Source: a virus
Taxonomy: Duplodnaviria > Caudoviricetes
DNA: 44,829 nt
Virus record (IMG/VR): IMGVR_UViG_3300049983_000005
Coordinates: 1 to 44,829 of that record
Strand: one strand, 5' to 3'
Shown here: in pieces, positions 1 to 8,533 of the stretch
Position numbering within the stretch: position 1 is the stretch's first letter
Layout: the number at the start of each line of letters is the position of its first letter
Position numbers and translations under genes: made by a program
Notes under the pieces: model-generated
Told to the model about the DNA's origin: nothing
Database searches by the model: none
What the model saw: the letters and a program-made list of their open reading frames with translations, nothing else

Positions 1-1035
1 ATGGCCGGAGAAGCAGTCAAAATGGTTATGGATAAAGGAAAAGCGATCGAATCTGCCTTGCTGCAGATCGAAAAGAAGTTCGGAAAGGGCTCTATCATGC
101 GCCTGGGCGAGAGGCCGGTCGAAGAGATCGGCGCGATCTCGACCAACTGTTTGAGCCTGGATGTAGCCATCGGCGTGGGCGGGCTGCCGCGGGGCCGGAT
201 CATCGAGATCTATGGGCCGGAGAGCTCGGGTAAAACGACCCTGGCACTGCAGGTGGTCGCCTCGGCGCAAAAAACCGGCGGGATAGCCGCTTATATCGAC
301 GCCGAGCACGCAATGGACCCCGAATATGCCGAAAAACTGGGTGTAAATATCGACGATATGCTGATATCGCAGCCGGATTCAGGCGAACAGGCGCTCGAGA
401 TCGCCGAAACGCTTGTCAGGTCGAACAGCGTCGATGTGATCGTGATCGATTCGGTGGCCGCGCTCGTACCGAGGGCCGAGCTTGACGGCGAGATGGGCGA
501 TTCCCTGCCCGGTCTGCAGGCACGGCTTATGTCGCAGGCGCTCAGGAAACTGACGGCGATCGTTGCCAGCTCGCGCACGTGCTTTATCTTTATCAACCAG
601 CTTCGCGAGAAGATCGGCGTCTTTTTCGGCTCGCCCGAAACCACCAGCGGCGGCAAGGCGCTTAAATTTTACGCCAGCGTCCGGCTGGACATCCGTCGGA
701 TCGGCGCTATCAAGGACGGCGATAAAATGGTCGGCAACCGCACCCGGGTCAAAGTGGTGAAAAATAAATGCGCGCCGCCTTTCCGCGAATGCGAATTCGA
801 TATTATGTACGGCGAAGGGGTTTCGCGCGAGGGCGATCTGATCGACCTGGCGGTAAATCACAATGTCATCGAAAAGAGCGGGGCGTGGTTTTCATACAAG
901 ACCGAGCGTCTCGGCCAGGGCCGCGAGAACGTCAAAACCTTCCTCAAGGAAAACCGCGATATTTTTGACCGTATCGAACTGGAAGTTAAGACCGAGCTGG
1001 GCTTTATACGGGCTGAAGCGAAGGCCGGCGCGTAG
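1..1035 (+). CDS. recA: Recombinase RecA (host)
   Basis: GPESSGKTT Walker [28 protein letters not shown] and [17 protein letters not shown] motifs. True start may be the ATG at 22 or 28. Confidence 0.99.
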   Translation: MAGEAVKMVMDKGKAIESALLQIEKKFGKGSIMRLGERPVEEIGAISTNCLSLDVAIGVGGLPRGRIIEIYGPESSGKTTLALQVVASAQKTGGIAAYIDAEHAMDPEYAEKLGVNIDDMLISQPDSGEQALEIAETLVRSNSVDVIVIDSVAALVPRAELDGEMGDSLPGLQARLMSQALRKLTAIVASSRTCFIFINQLREKIGVFFGSPETTSGGKALKFYASVRLDIRRIGAIKDGDKMVGNRTRVKVVKNKCAPPFRECEFDIMYGEGVSREGDLIDLAVNHNVIEKSGAWFSYKTERLGQGRENVKTFLKENRDIFDRIELEVKTELGFIRAEAKAGA

Positions 1036-1060
1036 TTCGAAAAACATAGGCATAGAAGTG

Positions 1061-1087
1061 AAAAGGCTGCCTTCCTGGCAGCCTTTT
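1061..1087. terminator. Bidirectional intrinsic terminator between recA and the convergent lipoprotein gene
   Basis: AAAAGGCTGCC-ttcct-GGCAGCCTTTT perfect inverted repeat with A/T tails on both sides. Confidence 0.85.
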
Positions 1088-1128
1088 ACTATTCACTCAC
1101 TACTCAAAACTCACAAACTCACAACTTC

Positions 1129-1575
1129 CTATTGCGGCTTCTTATTCCCGACCTTGCGCATCCGCGAGTCGCCAGAAGTGGGCGGCGCGCTGTCACGCAT
1201 ACTCGGCGCGGCCTGCATATTTACATTGCTCGTCTGGCTCATCTGACGTTTAATCGTCGCCGGATCGGGTATGCCGGGTGTAGGCGTAGCGCCTTTCGGA
1301 AGCGGCTTGCCGATCATATTCTTATCGGGTATTCCGGGAGTCGGCGTGCCGCCGGCGCCGGTCCGGTTGGCGTTTGCCGGGTCGGGTATGCCGGGAGTCG
1401 TATTTGAAGTAGGCGAAATGGGCGCGGTCGAAAGGCCCGCGGGCATATTTTTCGGGTCGATGTTCACATTGCCGTTTGCCCGGTTGGCATTGGCATTAGG
1501 CGCGCTCGCTGATTGGCATGCAATGCCGGATAAAAAAGCTGCACAAATAAAGACAAATAATACTTTCCTTAACAT
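1129..1575 (-). CDS. Pro/Asn-rich lipoprotein (host)
   Basis: Signal peptide with lipobox-like LSGIA-C; repeated PTPGIPD motif; low-complexity body. Confidence 0.8.
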   Translation of the reverse strand: MLRKVLFVFICAAFLSGIACQSASAPNANANRANGNVNIDPKNMPAGLSTAPISPTSNTTPGIPDPANANRTGAGGTPTPGIPDKNMIGKPLPKGATPTPGIPDPATIKRQMSQTSNVNMQAAPSMRDSAPPTSGDSRMRKVGNKKPQ

Positions 1576-1610
1576 ATAACTTAAAAAAACCTCGTAATTT
1601 TAAAATAGCT

Positions 1611-1724
1611 GTGCCGGCTTGAATGTTGCGCCCCTGGGGGACAGCGACGGCGTTCAAACCGGCACGGGCAGGTATCAAACGGATTCGGAAGGTTTAGCGG
1701 CTGACATAGGCAAGCAACCGCTAA
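1611..1724 (-). ncRNA. Candidate structured leader or small RNA (two hairpins) downstream of a consensus promoter
   Basis: Hairpins TTAGCGG..CCGCTAA (~1694-1724) and GTGCCGG..CCGGCAC (1611-1664) immediately after a TTGACA/TATAAT promoter. Confidence 0.4.
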
Positions 1725-1730
1725 TCAGTG

Positions 1731-1758
1731 ATTATATCCCTATCTCGATTATTGTCAA
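1731..1758 (-). promoter_or_regulatory. Sigma70-type promoter (minus strand)
   Basis: TTGACA (1758-1753), 16-nt spacer, TATAAT (1736-1731). Confidence 0.75.
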
Positions 1759-1817
1759 CATATTTTTTATATTTTTGTGCAGGTTTCCGACAAAAGGGGG
1801 CTTTTCGGCGCGATGGT

Positions 1818-1846
1818 TTGACAACGGGAAACGGCTTATTTACACT
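1818..1846 (+). promoter_or_regulatory. Sigma70-type promoter of tRNA-Phe
   Basis: TTGACA (1818-1823), 17-nt spacer, TACACT (1841-1846). Confidence 0.8.
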
Positions 1847-1882
1847 TAAAAATTCGCGCTTTTGTTGTGAAAAACAAAAGAC

Positions 1883-1958
<76 letters not shown>

Positions 1959-1962
1959 ACGT

Positions 1963-2025
1963 TATCAAATATTTACGGCGATTCTTTGAAGGCCGCAAAT
2001 TCTACCAGTGCACAGGTAGTGCACA
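1963..2025 (+). promoter_or_regulatory. att arm: IHF-consensus site plus tandem arm-type integrase sites
   Basis: TATCAAATATTTA (1963-1975) fits WATCAANNNNTTR; AGTGCACA direct repeat at 2007 and 2018 (11-bp period). Confidence 0.6.
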
Positions 2026-2075
2026 CAAGCCGGAAATTTATCCCCGATCCAGAAATACATCCTTCATCCCGTTCG

Positions 2076-2324
2076 ATGTCCTTCACTCCCGACCCTCATC
2101 TTTGGGTAAAACACCATTACCGGTTACGGTATCTGGACGAGCTCGCGCTCGCGCGCCTCAAACGAGCAGCGGAGCGATATTACGAACTTTCACCCGATGG
2201 CAGGGCGGACCCATACGCCTGGAAGGTCGTTCAATGCGAAATGCTGGAGGGTTCGTTATGGATGATCTTTTGCGACTTCTATTTCGCCGGCCAGCTGCAT
2301 CAGCTTTTGTGGATCCCATATTAA
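2076..2324 (+). CDS. Hypothetical moron protein (82 aa)
   Basis: ATG at 2076 within ORF 1926..2324; protein-like composition; opposite to the late operon. Confidence 0.5.
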   Translation: MSFTPDPHLWVKHHYRLRYLDELALARLKRAAERYYELSPDGRADPYAWKVVQCEMLEGSLWMIFCDFYFAGQLHQLLWIPY

Positions 2325-2566
2325 AGCTGCTGGTCCTCGCTCTAGTCGTCCAGGCGTCCGCCGCCGGGCCCCTGCCGCCAGTCGCGATCGCCAGACTTTG
2401 CGGAAACCGGGTGGTGCATAGATCGGAAACCCGGGCGATGGCGGCCGAGATCCGCCGCGAAGGCTGCGAGGAAGTGCGGACAGTGATCCTGGACCCCGAA
2501 TACCGGCTTATGTACGGGGTCCGGGTATTGGTAGGCGAAGCTCACGGCGCGCGTCGACCGGATTAG
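2309..2566 (+). CDS. Small putative exported moron protein
   Basis: GTG at 2309; signal-peptide-like LKLLVLALVVQASAA; two Cys; overlaps the previous ORF end. Confidence 0.45.
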   Translation: MDPILKLLVLALVVQASAAGPLPPVAIARLCGNRVVHRSETRAMAAEIRREGCEEVRTVILDPEYRLMYGVRVLVGEAHGARRPD

Positions 2567-2847
2567 CTCTTCTTCTCTTTTTCGGCCGGGAATTCTTTTG
2601 CTATCGCTTTTTCGCCCGTCTTGAGAATAAACTCGATGTCCTCGCGCTCTTGACGCAATGCCTCTTCTTGAGCTATCAGCTTTTCGATGGTTTCCCGAAG
2701 ACCGGCCGGCGTTGCCTGTGCGATGTCGTCCGCCAATCGGCTGGCCGTACGGGGATCATACTTTCTCTGACGAATGAGCAGATTGTCCGGCCCCACGGCC
2801 TCGACTGCTGCCTCCCCTGTTTTTGTTCTCTCCTCGAAACTTGCCAT
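2563..2847 (-). CDS. Small coiled-coil protein at the end of the tail operon
   Basis: AGGAG SD before ATG 2847; heptad-rich C-terminal half. Confidence 0.75.
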   Translation of the reverse strand: MASFEERTKTGEAAVEAVGPDNLLIRQRKYDPRTASRLADDIAQATPAGLRETIEKLIAQEEALRQEREDIEFILKTGEKAIAKEFPAEKEKKS

Positions 2848-2861
2848 ATATATTCTCCTAT

Positions 2862-3932
2862 TTAAGTTAATTGTACCGATTGAATCAATCCGCCCAGATT
2901 CCACGCGAGGTAGATTACGCCTCCGATGGTATCTTTATGAAAACCCCAGTCCTTGTCATTGGGAAACTGCGTGGTGGTTGGTCCGCTACCTACCGACGTG
3001 TATCCAAGAAAGCGCGCCGCGCCGACCGTAACAGGCTTCCCGCTCGCCATCGTGAGCCCCGCGCTGTCGAACTTCGCGATCTCGGCGCCCTGTAGCTGCA
3101 AGGACACCTTGTTCCCGCTTCCGAAAAAGGCATCGATCAGAATATCGCCCGTCGCCGTACTGTACGCGATCGGAAAGCCGGATGTGAACCCCGGATTGTT
3201 CCGATAGATGCCGCTGAGATTCGCGCCGGTGTCCGTCTTGAGGGATATATAGAAATTCGAGCTATTTTGATGACTCCGGATCTCACCGCCGCCGGCCGAT
3301 GCCCCGACCTCAAAGATCGCGCTTCCGTACTTCATGTCAGCACTATCAACCAAGCCAGTGCCGTTGAAATACGGGACACGGCCTGACGTGAAGCTTGTCG
3401 CGTTCGTTCCGCCGCGGGCGATCGGCAGCGTGCCGCTTTGCAGGTCCCCGGTATCGAGTGCGGTCCAGACAGGATCCGTCGCGACCCCCGCGCTTCCGGT
3501 CGATTTTAAATACTTTGGCGCTGATGTACCATTGCCGGCGAGACGCTTGTTCGAGCCGAACAGTCCGCCGTAAATAATATCGCCGCGCGTGGTTACCGGG
3601 GATAGCGAATCGAACGCCGCGATTTGGGTTGTCTGTCCGTGACCGCCATGGAGAAGGTCAACGGTCGGCAGATCATCAACTTCGAGACCGCGAAAGGTCG
3701 GAACACCGCTCGACCCATTCGGGGATCCATAAAATAGGTTTTGGCTTTGCGAGATCCGCGTAAAACTGAGCGCGGGCGTTGTGGTCGCCGTTGCTTCAGC
3801 GGTCGTGAACAGCGGCGAGAGGTCACCGGCGCTGAAGGATGTTACTCCGATCAACGCCAACGGCAATGTGTCCGCCGTTGGCAGCTCTTTGGTAAATCCC
3901 CCTACTGAAACTAATGGTCGTCTGGCTGTCAT
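2862..3932 (-). CDS. Tail fibre / receptor-binding protein
   Basis: Gly/Thr/Ser-rich; fibre motifs GVPTFR, TTRGDIIY, GTLPIARGGT; last structural position. Confidence 0.75.
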   Translation of the reverse strand: MTARRPLVSVGGFTKELPTADTLPLALIGVTSFSAGDLSPLFTTAEATATTTPALSFTRISQSQNLFYGSPNGSSGVPTFRGLEVDDLPTVDLLHGGHGQTTQIAAFDSLSPVTTRGDIIYGGLFGSNKRLAGNGTSAPKYLKSTGSAGVATDPVWTALDTGDLQSGTLPIARGGTNATSFTSGRVPYFNGTGLVDSADMKYGSAIFEVGASAGGGEIRSHQNSSNFYISLKTDTGANLSGIYRNNPGFTSGFPIAYSTATGDILIDAFFGSGNKVSLQLQGAEIAKFDSAGLTMASGKPVTVGAARFLGYTSVGSGPTTTQFPNDKDWGFHKDTIGGVIYLAWNLGGLIQSVQLT

Positions 3933-4603
3933 GCTATTTCAATTGTCGGCTGGGGCTCGAACTGCAAAGTTATATCGCTCGTTGCCTCGCCGATCTGTTG
4001 TTGAATGTTTCCCGACGCCGTTGGCGCGGTTGTTGTAATGCGTCCCGGAAGGGTTGCCGACAAAAAATAGGTCGCACCCGGCGCTAACCCGGTAAGCGCG
4101 GTAATCTGATTGCCCCCAAAATAAACCGTTCCCAGCATGCCGCTCAGGACCTCTTCATTTACAAAACCGACCGCTGGTTTTGTGTTATCGGCCGCGCTTG
4201 CCTTTCGTATCTTAGCCGTTCCGCCATCATCAAATATATTTACCAACCGGCCCGCGGCAATGTCCTCGCTGGCCTCCAGTACCAGCGTTCCAGATTCCGG
4301 CACGAGCCCGGGCGTATAGACCGCCTGGGCCATTTGCGCGAAGTCCGAGACGAAACTTTTACCATCACCGGTGATACTCGCCGCGAAGATCCGGACGCTG
4401 CGGCCTTTCGCATCAAACGGCGCCTGGAACGTCTCGCCGGCGCTTCCTCTGCCAAGCCATATCGGGTCCGTGGTTTCATCTTCAAAACGCCAATAGAGGT
4501 CCACAAAAGTAGAATCTACCGTTTCGGGCGTAAATCCCATCATTGCGAGAGTAAGCGCGAACGTCGCGCCTCCCTCATTGTTTCTTAAGGCAAGATCCGG
4601 CAT
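3929..4603 (-). CDS. Minor virion protein with C-terminal DUF2190/cement-like beta domain
   Basis: ASEDIAAGRLVNI...AVGFV...LTGLAPGATYFLS..G pattern; ATG 4603 next to the upstream stop. Confidence 0.65.
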   Translation of the reverse strand: MPDLALRNNEGGATFALTLAMMGFTPETVDSTFVDLYWRFEDETTDPIWLGRGSAGETFQAPFDAKGRSVRIFAASITGDGKSFVSDFAQMAQAVYTPGLVPESGTLVLEASEDIAAGRLVNIFDDGGTAKIRKASAADNTKPAVGFVNEEVLSGMLGTVYFGGNQITALTGLAPGATYFLSATLPGRITTTAPTASGNIQQQIGEATSDITLQFEPQPTIEIA

Positions 4604-4604
4604 C

Positions 4605-4859
4605 TTATGCAGTCGTTGTTTGCTGGGTCGAAAAGGCCCGGCCTTCAAAGTTTTCTACACGAAAGCGGATAACAGAGTCGGCGTCGAGGGAAACGGTACC
4701 GGCCGCAATATTCCCGGCGCCGTCCGTTGTGACGGTATCGATATCGGCCGCGCCGGCGACGTCCCAGATGATCACATCCACACCCGGGCCGACCGGCGAC
4801 ATTACTCCGGGCTCGCTTTCGTACGTAACGGGAAATCCTAAATAGTTTGAACTTGCCAT
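4605..4859 (-). CDS. Small minor tail protein
   Basis: Tightly packed 84-aa ORF in the tail operon, beta-rich. Confidence 0.65.
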   Translation of the reverse strand: MASSNYLGFPVTYESEPGVMSPVGPGVDVIIWDVAGAADIDTVTTDGAGNIAAGTVSLDADSVIRFRVENFEGRAFSTQQTTTA

Positions 4860-4863
4860 ATTT

Positions 4864-7485
4864 TTAACATGGGAAGATCGGCACGTTTACCACGCCGTCC
4901 TCGATCGTAATTGTCCCAAGAGTGAGGACGCAGCCGCCCCCGCCCCCACCTCCTCCACCACCCCCGCCTCCTCCGGTTGGGGCGTCAATAACTTCCTCGA
5001 AAGCTTCCATATATTCGACCGGATAGGCCTGGGCGGTGATCTTATAATGCAGATTGCCCTCGCGCTCCATCGACATGATACGAAAATGTTCGAACCCGTA
5101 TTTCTCATTCATCCGGGTATTGACAACCTTGATCACTTTGAATGGATGAAGGGCCAGAGTATCCAGAAACCACGCCTTAAACGTGATCTTTAGATTGTTC
5201 TGCAGTCCACCCTCGTTGAACTTTCCAAGGTCGAGAAACGCCCAGGAGAGCTTGATAGCATGAGCCTCGGAAACCACCCCGAGAAGCGATTCTTTCAGGA
5301 CATTCGTCTTCCGCGTATTATCCCCGGTCACGCGGCCGGCGCGGAGCTGCGCGTCGACGTCTTCAACCGGCGGGCAGGCAGTCTCGAGATAATTGTTTGT
5401 CTCGTCGTCAAAGGTCAGCTCAACGCGGTTTATAAGATCAAGGTCCGATATCCTGGACCAACGGAGCGTCGACCGCTCAACATCGTCCTCATCCTCGACG
5501 ATAATATTTCTGTCCGGGCCCTCATCCGTGAATACCGGGCAGGCCTCGAGCTCATCCTCTGTCAGCGCGCGCAGCGGTATGATATGGATCTTGCCGTTAA
5601 ACAGGAAGGGCCGCGACAACCTGCCGCCAAGGCACATATTTTCGATCTGCTCCTGGATCTTCTTCTCCTGCAGGTCGACGTCGGACTTGCCGCGGTAGTG
5701 TTCAAACTCATTCCCGTCGGAATCGGTGAAACGGACGTAGTCGGCCACCCAGTCCGCGGATTCTTTCCATGAGGTCTCGATCGCCAGGCGGTCGTAATCG
5801 TAGCCGTACCCCCATCGCTTATCCGTCATGAGCCGCGCGGTCTGCCAGGCCCGGTTACTCGTCGCGCCGGTCGTATAGGCCGCGTCATGCTGGAAGGCCT
5901 CGCCCGGTACTACCTCGAGAGATTGTGAAGCCGATTGCCAACTCATCACGCACCGCCAGGGCTGCGGGCCCGCTGCGACGCCCTGGACAAATTCAAGAAC
6001 GAATGGGTACCAGGTGTCGGCGGTCGCGTCGAAAGTGCCGCTATCTATGCCAACGTCCGCATTGTTGATAACCGTATCCCCGTCGATGATCAATTTCGCG
6101 CTGTCGTCATGGTCGACCGTGAGCGTGTGGGTTTCCGTGAACTCAAATTTAATGAACCCTTCCCACCGTATAGAGAACGCCGTAGGCGGGATCCCGGCCC
6201 GCGGCGAACCAAACCGGGTCGTGTAATTGATCGTTGAGTCTATCCTCGAGCTTTCAAAGTCGGTAAAGTCCGTTCCGACAAAGTACGATCCGAGAAGGCC
6301 CTCGCCTTCCTCGTTCCAGATCTTAATGTCCCGCAGGCCGCGGATGATCGCGTCACCCCGGGCGTCGTTTTGATCTACGTTCGCAGGATTGATCCACCCG
6401 AAGTTATAGCGAAGCAGAAACGTTCCTGAGTATCCGTGCGAAGTGACGGGCAATGAAACCGCAACTTGGCCGAGCTCGCCCAGCTTTTCGCTGTAATGAA
6501 CGGGGTCAGCTGCTTTCCTCTCGCTGCCAACGGTGAAAGCCGGATCCTGAATAGCTTCGATCGGACCCTCCCCGCCTTCGTAGATCGCTTCAAAGAACCC
6601 ATGGTTTGGGTCGCTGTTCACCGGGTGGCGCTGGAAGGCGAGGACCTTCATGTCATAAACCCGGCGCGTACCCATGACCACCCGCTTTGCATCCTTCAGA
6701 TTGGTCTCATTACCGGACGAGGTCGAAAAGGTGGGGCCGCCCGTGCTTTGCGTCCCGATCACCGTAGCTTCGATCGTCTGGTCGGAAAGGTGAAATAAAG
6801 GATCTATTCCGCGGGCGATGCAGTCGCCGGTGTTTCGCCTCGGGCAAAAATCAAAAAGGCCGTTGCCGATCGTACCGCCCAGCAGGTGTGAATTATCCGG
6901 ACAGCCGGCGTAGGCGCCGATCTCGTCTTGGGTTAAATTGAACGCCGGCGGGTAAACCGCTTGGCATGTTTGATAGTGGGCGCGGTGCGGCGCCCGGGAG
7001 TCCGCGCTCCGGAAACCCTGGACGGCCTTGACGGACACGAAATAGCCGTCGGCTTCGTCTTCAAGCTTTAGATGGGCTTCCCAGAAAGGAAGGAGCAGGC
7101 TGTCCAGCTCGTCTTCGAGAGTCCAGGTGAAATAATAATAAAAGGTGACCTTGATCCCCTCGCCGTGCAAAACCAAAAGGTCCGAGAACTCTCCGTCGCC
7201 GTCCCAGAATTTAAGCTCGGCCTCTTCATCCCCGATCGAGCCGTCGATCGTGACCGGCGTAAACCAATCCGGATCTCCATCGGGCATGAGCCGGGCCTCG
7301 ATCGGTGAGACGGCCGGCGCCGGATTCGCCACCTCGTCCGTCTTCATCACCGAATAATAGATCGTGCTTGTGGGTGCAGGCCATTCGATCTTGATCAGCT
7401 CGTAAACCTGCGGAGTTATATTAGCCGCGCGCAGGCTGCGCAGAATGTCGATCTTGTCTAATATTTCCGAGTCAAATTCAGGCAT
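4864..7485 (-). CDS. Tail tip / central hub protein with inserted PA14 domain and C-terminal poly-Gly
   Basis: Position after the Dit-like gene; SNRAW..LMTDKRWGYG and INRVELTFDD tail-tip motifs; PA14 signature (see findings); ATG 7485. Confidence 0.75.
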   Translation of the reverse strand: MPEFDSEILDKIDILRSLRAANITPQVYELIKIEWPAPTSTIYYSVMKTDEVANPAPAVSPIEARLMPDGDPDWFTPVTIDGSIGDEEAELKFWDGDGEFSDLLVLHGEGIKVTFYYYFTWTLEDELDSLLLPFWEAHLKLEDEADGYFVSVKAVQGFRSADSRAPHRAHYQTCQAVYPPAFNLTQDEIGAYAGCPDNSHLLGGTIGNGLFDFCPRRNTGDCIARGIDPLFHLSDQTIEATVIGTQSTGGPTFSTSSGNETNLKDAKRVVMGTRRVYDMKVLAFQRHPVNSDPNHGFFEAIYEGGEGPIEAIQDPAFTVGSERKAADPVHYSEKLGELGQVAVSLPVTSHGYSGTFLLRYNFGWINPANVDQNDARGDAIIRGLRDIKIWNEEGEGLLGSYFVGTDFTDFESSRIDSTINYTTRFGSPRAGIPPTAFSIRWEGFIKFEFTETHTLTVDHDDSAKLIIDGDTVINNADVGIDSGTFDATADTWYPFVLEFVQGVAAGPQPWRCVMSWQSASQSLEVVPGEAFQHDAAYTTGATSNRAWQTARLMTDKRWGYGYDYDRLAIETSWKESADWVADYVRFTDSDGNEFEHYRGKSDVDLQEKKIQEQIENMCLGGRLSRPFLFNGKIHIIPLRALTEDELEACPVFTDEGPDRNIIVEDEDDVERSTLRWSRISDLDLINRVELTFDDETNNYLETACPPVEDVDAQLRAGRVTGDNTRKTNVLKESLLGVVSEAHAIKLSWAFLDLGKFNEGGLQNNLKITFKAWFLDTLALHPFKVIKVVNTRMNEKYGFEHFRIMSMEREGNLHYKITAQAYPVEYMEAFEEVIDAPTGGGGGGGGGGGGGGCVLTLGTITIEDGVVNVPIFPC

Positions 7486-8533
7486 CAATTCCCCAACGGA
7501 GAGGCGACATAAGCTTATTGATAATGTCCGCGCGCGCGACGGACGACAAAGACGCACTGCAAAGAATGATCTCCCCGAAATCAGCTTTCAAAAACGTGCC
7601 GGCAGTGTTGGTTTTCTTTCCGATCTGTAAATTAGTAAGGGTCAGCCCGGTCGTATATCGTACGTGGACCACCGCGAACTCATTCATCGGTGCCGTCTGG
7701 GCGGCCTCGGCCAGCAACTCGCCGTTATACCGGTATTCATACGCTACGCCGAGCGCGTTGTTATTCCAGGTCGTTCCCGCGTTCGTGCCAAACACCAGCG
7801 GCACGCCAATGTCGTTCGTCAATAACCCGGCCCCGCTCGAGAACGTGGCCTCGCGGACCTGCATAACGAAAAATGCTTCGTAAATGACCGGCGACGCGGA
7901 CGCCTCGAGGAATGTATCTGCTGTAGAGGGGTTGAAACGAATAACGTCCAGACCGTTTTGAACAGCGGCCGCGGTCGACGCATGGATCGAACCACCCCGA
8001 GCCAGGTCGTGACCGTTGCCGCTCTGGTCCGCCCAGTTGCCCTCGGTGCCGTCCCAACCGACGTCGGCCTTGTACCATCCCCAGACTTCGGGCTGATTAG
8101 CGAGGTCGAAAATTGAGCCGTCCTCAAAATACTGGATACCCGGCACTTTTCTTTGGCGGACCTGCACGCCCTCCGTGCTGAAAAGATCGATGGTCAGCAT
8201 CTCGGCCGAGATCTCGGCGTCGACAAAAGAAGCGTGGTACCGCCGCCCTCTGAACTCGATCTCAAAGACGTCACGCCCGCCGGTCGTGTGCTCCTGGAAG
8301 AACCCGAGGTAATATTGAAATCGAGGCAGGTCCTCGATCAGCCTTCCATAAGCCTCTTCGTCAGGCAGCAACCCGGACGATAAGGACCAGGTATGCAGTC
8401 CCGCCGGCGCGACGACCGCGCTCGAGCCGTAGCCTGCGCCAAACTTCGCCTCGAGCTTCGCGCCCTTCCACCCGACCGAATCTATTTCAAGGCCGACGAG
8501 AGATAATTGTTGATAGTCTGATAGATCCGGCAT
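7478..8533 (-). CDS. Distal tail (Dit)-like protein with C-terminal LamG/concanavalin-like domain
   Basis: Immediately after the tape measure gene; WYKAD...WADQSGNGHDL and ADFGEIIL..SLS..L..RWGI jelly-roll signatures. Confidence 0.65.
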   Translation of the reverse strand: MPDLSDYQQLSLVGLEIDSVGWKGAKLEAKFGAGYGSSAVVAPAGLHTWSLSSGLLPDEEAYGRLIEDLPRFQYYLGFFQEHTTGGRDVFEIEFRGRRYHASFVDAEISAEMLTIDLFSTEGVQVRQRKVPGIQYFEDGSIFDLANQPEVWGWYKADVGWDGTEGNWADQSGNGHDLARGGSIHASTAAAVQNGLDVIRFNPSTADTFLEASASPVIYEAFFVMQVREATFSSGAGLLTNDIGVPLVFGTNAGTTWNNNALGVAYEYRYNGELLAEAAQTAPMNEFAVVHVRYTTGLTLTNLQIGKKTNTAGTFLKADFGEIILCSASLSSVARADIINKLMSPLRWGIDA

